From Thiohalomonadaceae bacterium (GTDB lineage Bacteria > Pseudomonadota > Gammaproteobacteria > Thiohalomonadales > Thiohalomonadaceae), in assembly GCA_050298555.1 (NCBI GenBank), contig JBNKUL010000057.1:4229-68228 (forward strand): DNA of 64,000 nt, read 5' to 3'. Under the pieces are notes generated by a model. The model did not search any database, was not told the origin of the DNA, and saw nothing but the letters and a program-made list of their open reading frames with translations. This document shows positions 1 through 9,100 of the stretch, one piece after another (within the stretch, counting starts at the first letter, position 1; the number at the start of each line of letters is the position of its first letter). Made by a program: the position numbers and the translations under genes.

Positions 1-228
1 TTGCGGGCAAAGTCGAAGGCCATGCTCTCGCCAATGGGGAACAGTCCCATCTCCAGGCCGCGCACGAACAGGGTCAGCCCCATCACCACCATAAAGGTGC
101 CGTAGAGCAGCTTGCCCAGGTTGGGGATAGGCTGCTGCAGCACCACCAGCTGGAAAAAGCCAATCACCAGGATAATGGGCAGAAGATCGCGGATACTGTC
201 CAAAAATGGACGGAGAATGTCAGACACG
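1..228 (-). CDS. DUF1538-like integral membrane protein, N-terminal part (gene continues beyond the window start)
   Basis: My own minus-strand translation from GTG at 226-228 reads VSDILRPFLDSIRDLLPIILVIGFFQLVVLQQPIPNLGKLLYGTFMVVMGLTLFVRGLEMGLFPIGESMAFDFAR. It is open to the window edge, hydrophobic, and resembles the DUF1538 N-terminus. It is absent from the ORF track because it is truncated. Confidence 0.5.
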
Positions 229-326
229 GTGTTCTCTAGTTGTTGTGCGGGCTGTTTGTTGTCCGGTAGAGAGAAGTTACACCAACGGCCCGCCTGTGTT
301 AACCCAAAAAACGATATACTGCCGCG

Positions 327-845
327 ATGAGTTCGCCAGATGAAACCCGCCGCATCGGCCGCGGCATGATGATTGCCGCCTGGGCCGTTGCATTGGGGCT
401 GCTCAGCCTGCTGTTCGGCGACGTGCTGGAGCAGCAGCGCAATCCCAACCAGCAGCTGGCCGCTCTCCAGGGGGGCGATGTCACCGAGGTGCGGCTGCAA
501 CGCAATCGCTACGGCCACTACCTCGCCTCCGGCACCGTCAACGGCAAACCGGTGGAGTTCATGCTCGACACCGGCGCCAGCGATGTGGTGATACCCGCCG
601 GTGTGGCACAGCGCGTAGGGCTGCAGCGGGGCAGCCCCAGGTATTACGAGACCGCCAACGGTACCGTTAAGGCCTACGCCACCCTGCTGGAGAACGTCGG
701 GCTGGGGGGGCTGCAGCTGCAGCGGGTACGCGCCAGCATCAACCCCAGCATGGAGGGTGAGACTATCCTGCTGGGGATGAGCGTACTGAAACAGCTGGAG
801 TTTACCCAGCGTGGCGAGACCCTGATAATCCGCCAATACCGATAA
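327..845 (+). CDS. Retropepsin-like (clan AA) aspartic protease with an N-terminal membrane anchor
   Basis: N-terminal TM segment MMIAAWAVALGLLSLLF. Catalytic motif FMLDTGASDVVIP (D-T-G). Size (~170 aa) and layout are typical of the bacterial TIGR02281-type retropepsin family. Confidence 0.75.
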   Translation: MSSPDETRRIGRGMMIAAWAVALGLLSLLFGDVLEQQRNPNQQLAALQGGDVTEVRLQRNRYGHYLASGTVNGKPVEFMLDTGASDVVIPAGVAQRVGLQRGSPRYYETANGTVKAYATLLENVGLGGLQLQRVRASINPSMEGETILLGMSVLKQLEFTQRGETLIIRQYR

Positions 846-869
846 CGAATAACCAACAAAGGGGAAAGA

Positions 870-2207
870 ATGGAGACCATTAGCAGCCTTATAGGGCAAC
901 TCAACTCAATCGTCTGGGGCCCGGCAATGCTGGTGCTGATCCTCGGCACCGGCCTCTACCTGATGGCGGGTCTCAAGGCGATGCCGCTGCAGCGCATCGG
1001 TTACGGCTTTCGTATGCTGTGGGCCGGGCGCAAGTCCGAGGAAGAGGGTGATATTCCCCCGTTCCGCGCGCTAATGACCTCCCTCTCCGCCACCGTCGGT
1101 ACCGGCAACATCGCCGGTGTCGCCACCGCCATCGCCATGGGCGGCCCCGGCGCCCTGTTCTGGATGTGGTGCACCGCCCTGGTGGGCATGGCCACCAAGT
1201 ATGCCGAGGCGGTGCTGGCGGTCCACTACCGTGAGACCGACGCCAACGGCGACCACATCGGCGGCCCCATGTTCTATATCAAGAACGGCCTCAAGTCCCA
1301 CTGGGCCTGGCTCGGCACCGCCTTCGCCGTGTTCGGCGCCATCGCCGGCTTCGGTATCGGCAACACCATCCAGGCCCACTCGGTGGCCGACGCGCTGCAC
1401 AGCAGCTTCGCCATCTCCACCACCGCCACCGGCATCACCATGGCGGTACTGGCCGCACTGGTGCTGATTGGCGGTATCCGCCGCATCGCCACCGTCGCCA
1501 CCGTGCTGGTGCCGTTGATGGCAATCGGCTACATCATCGCCGGACTGGTGGTGCTGGTACTCAATCTCGGCGCCATCCCCGATGCCATCGCCCTTATCGT
1601 CAAACACGCCTTCACCCCGGTGGCGGCCACCGGCGGCTTTGCTGGCGCCGCGGTATGGGCGGCGATCCGCTTCGGCGTGGCGCGCGGCATCTTCTCCAAC
1701 GAGGCGGGCCTGGGCAGTGCCCCCATCGCCCACGCCGCCGCCCGAACCAGCAGCCCGGTACGCCAGGGCACCATCGCCATGCTCGGCACCTTCATCGATA
1801 CCCTGGTCATCTGCTCCATCACCGGACTGGCCATCGTCGTCACCGGGGTGTGGAGCGGCGGCGAGAACGGCGGACCGCTCACCGCCCTCGCCTTCGAGGC
1901 CGCCCTGCCGGGTATCGGCAACTACGTGGTGACCTTCGGCCTTGCGATCTTCGCCTTCACCACCCTGCTCGGCTGGAGCTTCTACGGCGAGAAGTGCGTG
2001 GAGTACCTGTTCGGCGTCAGGGCCATCGTCCCCTTCCGACTCCTCTGGATCATCGCCATCCCCATCGGGGCGGGCATGGACCTGAAATTCATCTGGCTGG
2101 TGGCCGACACCCTTAATGCGCTGATGGCCCTGCCCAACCTGCTGGCGCTGCTGCTGCTGAGCCCGGTGGTATTCAAGCTGACGCGGGACTATTTCAACGG
2201 GAAATAG
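870..2207 (+). CDS. Sodium:alanine (amino acid) symporter, AgcS family
   Basis: 445-aa polytopic membrane protein. Family-typical blocks are FRALMTSLSATVGTGNIAGVATAI and GIFSNEAGLGSAPIAHAAA. Confidence 0.9.
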   Translation: METISSLIGQLNSIVWGPAMLVLILGTGLYLMAGLKAMPLQRIGYGFRMLWAGRKSEEEGDIPPFRALMTSLSATVGTGNIAGVATAIAMGGPGALFWMWCTALVGMATKYAEAVLAVHYRETDANGDHIGGPMFYIKNGLKSHWAWLGTAFAVFGAIAGFGIGNTIQAHSVADALHSSFAISTTATGITMAVLAALVLIGGIRRIATVATVLVPLMAIGYIIAGLVVLVLNLGAIPDAIALIVKHAFTPVAATGGFAGAAVWAAIRFGVARGIFSNEAGLGSAPIAHAAARTSSPVRQGTIAMLGTFIDTLVICSITGLAIVVTGVWSGGENGGPLTALAFEAALPGIGNYVVTFGLAIFAFTTLLGWSFYGEKCVEYLFGVRAIVPFRLLWIIAIPIGAGMDLKFIWLVADTLNALMALPNLLALLLLSPVVFKLTRDYFNGK

Positions 2208-2358
2208 TGTTCGGCCCGAGGGCGGGCCTCCTACCTGTAGGAGCGCCGCCCCCGGCGCGAACCCCCCTCGAAACCTGAACGGTTTCATGCGATATTAACC
2301 ACCACTGTTTATTCCGGCCCACCGCTGCGTGGGCCGCTTTAATTATGGAGAGACAATC

Positions 2359-2703
2359 ATGAGCGAGATCACCACCGATTCCGGCCTGAAGTATGAAGAC
2401 AGCATCGTCGGCGACGGCGCCGAGGCCAGCGCGGGCCAGCAGGTCTCCGTGCACTACACCGGCTGGCTGGAGGATGGCAGCAAGTTCGACTCCAGCAAGG
2501 ATCGTAACGATCCCTTCCGCTTCAAGCTGGGCGCCGGCATGGTGATCCGTGGCTGGGACGAAGGCGTTCAGGGCATGAAGATCGGCGGCACCCGCAAGCT
2601 GACCATCCCCGCCGAGCTGGGCTACGGTACCCGCGGCGCCGGCGGCGTGATTCCCCCCAACGCCACCCTGATCTTCGAGGTTGAGCTGCTGGAGATCCTC
2701 TAA
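2359..2703 (+). CDS. FKBP-type peptidyl-prolyl cis-trans isomerase
   Basis: Motifs [49 protein letters not shown] and [17 protein letters not shown] prefer the ATG at 2359, preceded by GGAGAG, over the ORF-track start at 2329. Confidence 0.9.
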   Translation: MSEITTDSGLKYEDSIVGDGAEASAGQQVSVHYTGWLEDGSKFDSSKDRNDPFRFKLGAGMVIRGWDEGVQGMKIGGTRKLTIPAELGYGTRGAGGVIPPNATLIFEVELLEIL

Positions 2704-2706
2704 GCC

Positions 2707-3552
2707 GTGAGCGTCAGCAACCCTATCCCCCTCGAGGAGATCGCCGCCCAGGTGGCCGCGGCCCTGGCCGAGGACATCGGCGGTGGTGACCTCACCGCCG
2801 CCCTGATCCCCGAGCAGGCCCGCTCCGAGGCGACCATCATCAGCCGCGAGGAGGCGGTGCTCTGCGGCACCGAGTGGGTCAATCAGGTCTTCGCCCAGCT
2901 CGATAGTAGTATTGAGATTGAGTGGCAGGTGGCTGACGGCGACCGTGTAACGTCCAACCAGCTGCTCTGCACCCTCCGCGGCCCCTCCCGGGCGCTGCTC
3001 ACCGGCGAGCGTAGCGCGCTCAACTTCCTGCAGAGCCTCAGCGGCACCGCCACCTTCGCCTCGCGCTACGCCGCGGCGGTGGCCGGCACCGGGGTCAGGG
3101 TGCTCGATACCCGCAAGACCATTCCCGGCCTGCGGCGGGCACAGAAGTACGCCGTCAGCTGCGGCGGTTGCCACAACCACCGCATCGGCCTCTACGACGG
3201 GGTGTTGATCAAGGAGAACCACATCCTCGCCGCCGGCTCCATCGCCGCCGCGGTAGCAAAGGCGCGAGAGACCGCCCCGGCCGGTATCCCGGTCGAAGTG
3301 GAGGTGGAGAACCTGGATGAGGTGGCACAGGCACTGCAGGCCGGTGCCGATATCCTGCTGCTGGACAACATGCCGCCCGCGACCCTGCGCGAAGCGGTTG
3401 CGTTAAACGAGGGAAAGGCGAAGCTGGAGGCCTCCGGCAACGTCAACCTGGAGACCATCCGTACCATCGCCGAGACCGGGGTGGACTACATCTCGGTGGG
3501 AGAGCTGACCAAGCACCTGCGCGCGGTGGACCTCTCCATGCGCTTCGCCTAG
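2707..3552 (+). CDS. nadC: Nicotinate-nucleotide pyrophosphorylase (quinolinate phosphoribosyltransferase)
   Basis: Motifs [41 protein letters not shown] and LLLDNM. GTG start. Confidence 0.92.
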   Translation: MSVSNPIPLEEIAAQVAAALAEDIGGGDLTAALIPEQARSEATIISREEAVLCGTEWVNQVFAQLDSSIEIEWQVADGDRVTSNQLLCTLRGPSRALLTGERSALNFLQSLSGTATFASRYAAAVAGTGVRVLDTRKTIPGLRRAQKYAVSCGGCHNHRIGLYDGVLIKENHILAAGSIAAAVAKARETAPAGIPVEVEVENLDEVAQALQAGADILLLDNMPPATLREAVALNEGKAKLEASGNVNLETIRTIAETGVDYISVGELTKHLRAVDLSMRFA

Positions 3553-3561
3553 GCGGAAACG

Positions 3562-5532
3562 CTAAGGCCCTGCCGTGGCCTCGACGCTGAGCGAGTAGGT
3601 ACCGTAGCGGCCGATGTAGCCGTAGATAGAGACGTTGTTGTAGACGTAGTTAGTGGTCACTACCTGCAGGTAGACCGTCTCGTCTACAGTGGGTGTGTAG
3701 GTCAACTCTGAACTGAAATGGGTGCCGTTGTGCAGGGAAGGCTGGCAGCTGCCGCAGTCGGCAGCGTCGTCGTTTATTAAGTCGACCATTAACCCTGTAT
3801 CAGGGTCTAGCTCCTGCAACACATTCCCTGAAGCATCATAAAGCCCGATTACCGTATCGCCGCCGTTACGCAGGTTGTGGCTGTAGATTCGGTAGGTCAC
3901 ATTGGCCGAGAGGTTAAGGGCAATGTAGTCGCTGTCCTGCTGCTCTAGCCCATCCACTGGCCTCTGATACAGGTAGTGCTCTTCGGCGTCGACGCAGGTC
4001 AGCGGATAAGTCGCCCCCGCTGCCACGCTACAGTCCCGCGCCACCGCATCGGCCAGGGTGTCGTCCACCTCAAAGCTATCGCGCTTATAGTAGACCTCAC
4101 GCCCAGCCAGGATAGCCTGCCACTGGTACTCTTTACTGGGGGTGCGCTGGGGTAGAGTCAGCATGCCGTCCCAGAACGACTCCAGGGTGTCGGCAGTGGT
4201 GTTGGAGGTCATAGAGTTCGACAACACATCCCACACCGCTACCGCTCCCAGATCCGGCTGTTGATTGAACTGCCATAGCAGGTTGGCCACGGCCGTCTCA
4301 TTAGTTGAGTAAACGTATATAGGAGACCCATCAACAGAGTTAACCGTAGGTGCCGTGGCAAGATCAATCACGAGCGGCTCACCATACTCCACATTGTCGA
4401 TGTAGTAGCTACTAGCAACGAATGATGGCGTAGAAAGGCGTGCAAGAAGGTTGTTATCCAGCAACCATTTCTTCAACGCCGCCTGAAAGTAGTTGCCGTG
4501 CCCCTCGCTCCAGCTCAGGCGCAGATCGAGATAGTCTGCCGACAGAGTGTGGTAGCCGCCAGGCGAGTCGAAGTGGCCGAGGGAGAATTCGACAAAGTGG
4601 GCAAACTCATGCCACAGCACATCGTCATCGAACTCGTCAGTATCGCCTGACCCGACCGGGTCGCTCAGGACATAGATCCCTGCCCCATTACTGCAACTGC
4701 CGTTATCCAAGGCGCTACAGGTATAGGTGCCGGTGGAGTCTTTATAGGTCCAGAAGGCATTCAGCGCAGGAAGGGAAAGGTCGCCGTTGCTGATATCGGC
4801 GATAAATTCCGTAGCTGTGATATAGACATCATAGATATTGTAGGCCCCCGCCATCTTACTGGCACGGTCTATTCGTACATTGGCCACCGTGCTGTCGAGC
4901 GTGAGAGTCACGGCCTGCGAAACAGCATAGAGGTATCCCCTCTGGCTCTTGACCGCCACCTGATAACCGCTGTCACTGGCAGCCTCGGCATAGATATAGA
5001 GCGTGTAGTCGCCCACCGCCGTCTCGGCAAACTGGTAGTTGCCGTTGCCGTCACTGGCCGTGCTCTGCAGCAGGTTCCCCTCGGCATCGAGCAGTTCGAT
5101 CAGCGCATGGCGTACCGGCTTGTAGGGCTCGAGCCCGGTAAAACCGTTGCTGGCATATTGGCGGTCCTGGTACTCGACCTTACCCGACAGCAGCGTCGTG
5201 GGGAGGCAGGTGACCTGAACGTCGGTCACGTCCACACTCCCTGCGGTGCCGCTGCCGTTACTGACGCTACAGCTCTGCCCGCTAGGCGCGCTGGCCACGC
5301 TGACCTCGTAGCTGCTCCCCTCCGTTACCTTGCTGGAGAAGGTAAAGCTTCCGTCCGCATCCACTGTCAGGTCATCAGCGGCGTTGAGCTGCAGCACCAG
5401 ACCGCTGCCGTCCAGACCATTGACGCTGCCGCCGATGCCGACCTGTACGGAACCATCGGACGAGCTGCTGGAACAGCCGCCAAGGGCCAGCAGCCAGAGG
5501 CTGCAGAAGAGAAGACGAAGGTAGTAATTCAT
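3562..5532 (-). CDS. Lipoprotein with a carboxypeptidase-regulatory-like beta-sandwich, a gluzincin-type HExxH metalloprotease core and a PPC-like C-terminal domain
   Basis: Signal peptide plus lipobox (LLALGGC, then a Ser-rich tether) from the ATG at 5532. The GKVEYQD...GNGNYQF...GDYTLYIYA segment looks like a CarboxypepD_reg fold. HEFAH lies at 4597-4611, with a downstream WSEGHGNYF (Glu ligand as in MA-clan/M1-like enzymes). The C-terminal DSDYIALNL...YRIY...GLYDASGN pattern resembles a pre-peptidase C-terminal domain. Confidence 0.6.
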   Translation of the reverse strand: MNYYLRLLFCSLWLLALGGCSSSSSDGSVQVGIGGSVNGLDGSGLVLQLNAADDLTVDADGSFTFSSKVTEGSSYEVSVASAPSGQSCSVSNGSGTAGSVDVTDVQVTCLPTTLLSGKVEYQDRQYASNGFTGLEPYKPVRHALIELLDAEGNLLQSTASDGNGNYQFAETAVGDYTLYIYAEAASDSGYQVAVKSQRGYLYAVSQAVTLTLDSTVANVRIDRASKMAGAYNIYDVYITATEFIADISNGDLSLPALNAFWTYKDSTGTYTCSALDNGSCSNGAGIYVLSDPVGSGDTDEFDDDVLWHEFAHFVEFSLGHFDSPGGYHTLSADYLDLRLSWSEGHGNYFQAALKKWLLDNNLLARLSTPSFVASSYYIDNVEYGEPLVIDLATAPTVNSVDGSPIYVYSTNETAVANLLWQFNQQPDLGAVAVWDVLSNSMTSNTTADTLESFWDGMLTLPQRTPSKEYQWQAILAGREVYYKRDSFEVDDTLADAVARDCSVAAGATYPLTCVDAEEHYLYQRPVDGLEQQDSDYIALNLSANVTYRIYSHNLRNGGDTVIGLYDASGNVLQELDPDTGLMVDLINDDAADCGSCQPSLHNGTHFSSELTYTPTVDETVYLQVVTTNYVYNNVSIYGYIGRYGTYSLSVEATAGP

Positions 5533-5536
5533 GGGA

Positions 5537-6025
5537 CTACTGCTGCAGCGGCACCACCTGCAGGCGGCGACCGTTGTGCTCCACCTCACGGCCCAGAGGC
5601 CTTCCGGCCTTATTGGTCACGACACCAGCGGCCATCACCCCAAAGGCAAAACTGGCCCGCTGCGAGAAGCTGCCGCCAGCGCCAAGGTTCAGCACGGCAA
5701 TGGCGGCTATACGGTTTTCGTGCGTGGTAGAGAAGCGGCCGCTATAGGACAACTCTAACGGCTCACCGGCGGTAATTGCCCCCTGCCACATCAGCTCACC
5801 CTCCAGCAGCTCCATGTCCGCGGGCGGCTGTAGCATCACCCGCAGGTTGTTGCCGGAGACCCGGCTAGTGACCGTCACCACGAAGCTGACGACCTCGCCT
5901 CCGGTATCACCCTGCGGTTCGATGGTAATGCTCAACGGCCCCTGGGGCTTGGCGGTCTGTACCGCGGCGCAGTTCAGGGAGAAGAGTGCGAGAAGTAGTA
6001 ATATGAACAGTCTTGGTTTCAACAT
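5537..6025 (-). CDS. Small secreted protein of unknown function (162 aa)
   Basis: Clear signal peptide MLKPRLFILLLLALFSLNCAAV. Its stop lies 4 nt before the start of the downstream protease gene (operon-like). No recognisable motif. Confidence 0.5.
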   Translation of the reverse strand: MLKPRLFILLLLALFSLNCAAVQTAKPQGPLSITIEPQGDTGGEVVSFVVTVTSRVSGNNLRVMLQPPADMELLEGELMWQGAITAGEPLELSYSGRFSTTHENRIAAIAVLNLGAGGSFSQRASFAFGVMAAGVVTNKAGRPLGREVEHNGRRLQVVPLQQ

Positions 6026-6084
6026 AGCGCTTACTCTGTCTCAGTTCGATTCAACATAATGCTTACCCTGTCTCAATTCGACAG
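6021..6084 (-). repeat. Tandem ~32-nt imperfect direct duplication of the translation-initiation region of the 162-aa gene
   Basis: Plus strand: aacataGCgcttacTctgtctcaGttcgaTTC (6021-6052) versus aacataATgcttacCctgtctcaAttcgaCAG (6053-6084). Each copy contains an ATG on the minus strand (6025 and 6057). Confidence 0.65.
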
Positions 6085-6117
6085 AAAAAAAAGGGGGCGG
6101 TTCACACCGCCCCCTCC
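6085..6117 (-). terminator. Rho-independent terminator after the giant lipoprotein gene
   Basis: Minus strand reads GGGGGCGG-TGTGAA-CCGCCCCC followed by TTTTTTTT (8-bp GC stem, 8-T run). A second 7-bp hairpin at 6123-6140 lies directly after the stop codon. Confidence 0.65.
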
Positions 6118-6140
6118 TTTATCACTCCTGGAAAGGAGTG

Positions 6141-9100
6141 TTACTTCGCGCGGCGGGCTTCCGCACGCTTGTATGCCTTGTGGGCACGGCGCTTGGAGCT
6201 ACGCTCACGCTCAGCAGCCGCCTTGTCGGCAGTACTGGCGCCCGGCTTGTAGAAGGACTCAGTATTCCAGTCGCTGGTGCTGTTGACGTAGATGGTGTGA
6301 CCATGACAGCCATCCATACCACAGGCATCGACGCTGACACGGACATCCTCGGCGCCAACCGGCAAGTCTCCGCTTAAGCTGAAGTCACCAGTGCCCGCAT
6401 CGTAACTCATCGGCATGTCGCCCCACTGGTTCGGTGCGGTCAGGGAGGAGTCGAAGTAGCCGTACTCCCACATACCGGTGGTCGGGTCGAAGTACTCCAC
6501 ACTGGCCCAGACACTGTCTGCAACGAAGTTGGCGATATCCACCGAACCGGTTACGGTCTGGGTACCGGACAGACCGGTGGCACCGTGTGTCGGCGAGGTG
6601 ATGGTCACATACTGAGGCGGCATGATGCCGTTGGCGGTAGTGATATTGACGTTATACCAGTTCCAGTCCGCATCGTTGACCGAGACGTAGTTGTAACCGT
6701 TGTAGAGGCTGACATCGAAGCTGAATGCCCCACCCACGATCTCGAAGTTGCCCCAGCTATTACCGGTCCAGTACTCGCCCCAGCCATCGGAACCGGAAGT
6801 GGTGCCGCTGATAGTCACGGTAGTGGCGGTACCGGCATCCCAGTCGCTGTAGGCACAGCTACCCGACCAGCTATTGTCGGTAACACCCGCCGGTACCGTG
6901 AGGCTGATCGGCGCGTATGCCGGGGAATTGCTATCACTGGCAATAGTGACGCTGAGCCAGTTGTTACCATCGCTGATGTCGAACCACTGAGAGTCGTAGT
7001 AGCCATACATCGGGTCATAGGTAGCCGGGTCGCTGTCGTGCAGGTCGACGGTGGTATGCCAGTCGTAGGTGCCACTGGCATTAGCAACCGTATCGGCTAC
7101 CGCAACGATCTCCTCGCTACCGCCGCAGACACCGCTACTGATCTTGATGTTGCGACCGGGAACGGTGCTGGTACCCGAGATGATTACGGTGGGTGTAGTC
7201 ACCGGCATGATGCCGTAGGTGGCATCTGAGTAGCCGTACTCCCAGCCATCGCTTGTGAGCGCCACATTGTTGGCGTCGGTGATGCTATCGACGGTCAGCA
7301 TGGGAGCGACATAGGCACAGGTGGTATCGGTGGTCTGAAGCTCGATACCGACACTGGTCATGTTGGCATCATCCCAGATGTTCACCCAGTTGTAGCTGCC
7401 TGTACCACCAACGACGGGGAAGGTGACAGAGAACTGCTGATCCGGGTCAACACCGGCAACACCGCCACCGGGCAGGAGGAGCTCCTGATTCTCCCAGTAG
7501 TAACCGGTGCTATCGGAGCCGTTCCAGTCAGCCCACATGCTGGTGCTATTAGCCGGTGCGGTACCGGTGATGGTAGCGGTACAGCTATCAATCGATACCG
7601 GAGCAATCCAGCCATAGTTGTCAGCTACAACATCAGTTGTGTTGACTTTGGTAATGACCGGCTTCGGCACGCTCTGGCCGTTATCGGTGTAGATGTTGAG
7701 GCCGTACCAGTTACCGTTGCCGTCCTCGATGGAAATCCAGTTCCAGCCCTCGTAGAGGGTGATATCGAAGCTGAATACCCCACCAGTTGCGGTGAAGTTA
7801 ACAGAATCACTCCAGATGCCATCAGCACTGTGGTAGTACCAGCCGCTGGTGCTGCCATCCAATTCACCACTGACGGTGATCACACTGGTGGCAGTAGTGA
7901 CATCGGTAGCATTCCAGTCGGAACCCATGCCCCAGTCACCGGTAGAGGTAGCGGCACCCTCAGTAGTAGCAACAGAGGTGATGCTAACTGGCGGCACATA
8001 GGTCTGACCGGCCTCGGTGTAGATACCGAAGTTCGAACCGGTCCAGAGGTAGGTGTTGCCACCATCGCTACCATCGAAGTTGACGCTAATCCAGTTATCA
8101 CCCTGGTAGAGCGGCACACCGGTGATGGTAATCAGACCAAGACCATTAATAGTGTCGTAGTTCGGGTCAACCGTGATGTAACCGTTCTGGCTGGCACCCA
8201 TGGTCGGATCCCAGTAGTCGTTGACGTAGGCACCCGACTCATTGTTGAGCCACAGGTTGATACTAAACCAACCGCTGGTTGAGTTCATAATCGCACTGAT
8301 GTCGGCGTTATTCAGATCAACCGTAAACTGTGCGGTGAATGAACTTGCGGTCAGGGCATCGGCATGATTCCACGCACCGAGGTCGATGGCGTTACTGGCC
8401 TGGTCGGTCACGGAGAGCACTTCGATTGCCGGCGGGATACCACCGGTGGTCTTGACGCTGAAGCCGCGATAGAGGTCGGCACCGTCGTTCACATCAACCC
8501 AGTTCCAGCCCTGGAACAGGTTCACCGTAGCGGTAGCCGTGGCAGTACCGTCACCGTTATCGGTAAAGCTCAGCGGCTGATCGTCCCAGCCGCTCTCACT
8601 GTTCAGATAGAGCCAACCGCCGTTAGCCGCGGCAGTCGCGCCATTCGGGGAGGTTACGGTGATGGTGATGCTGTTCGCGTTATCGGCATCGTAACCGCCG
8701 ATCCACTCGCTGAAGGTCAGCGCACCCACGGTGTTACCGTCATCGGCCGCAACGGTGACACCGATATCCTTGCGTACACCGGGGTTCTTGACGCGCTTGA
8801 CGGCGCTGACGGCAGAGATATCGCGAACCATCTCTTTGACGCTCACATTGACGTCACCGTTGGTGTCGGGCAGGAAGTCGGCAGAGAGCTTGCTGCCCAG
8901 ACCGATAATCTCCCAAATGAACTCCTCACCTTCGCGCTCGATACCCCAGTCGACGTAGTTGCCCATTTCATCCTGGGTCTTGAAGCCGAAATAGTCGGAG
9001 ATATCAACGGCGCCGTTGGGCAGGCCCTGGGCCTCCGGAATGGTGAAGGTCAGGCGGCTCACGCCGTCAGTACCGGTCACGGTATCCAGGTTGGCCTTAT

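Noticed and set aside
2211-2338. GC-rich palindromes after the symporter gene (GGCCCG-AGGG-CGGGCC at 2213-2228; GTAGGAGCGCCG-CCCC-CGGCGCGAA around 2237-2261, reminiscent of Pseudomonas REP units; GGCCCAC-CGCTGC-GTGGGCC at 2316-2334)
   Set aside because: There is a single copy of each in the window and no clear T-run, so I cannot distinguish REP elements from weak terminators without genome-wide copy counts. Not reported as features.
1071-3222. 405-aa and 342-aa minus-strand ORFs (1071-2288 and 2194-3222)
   Set aside because: These are antisense shadows of the alanine symporter and of FKBP/nadC, with Gly/Asp/Ala/His-rich translations.
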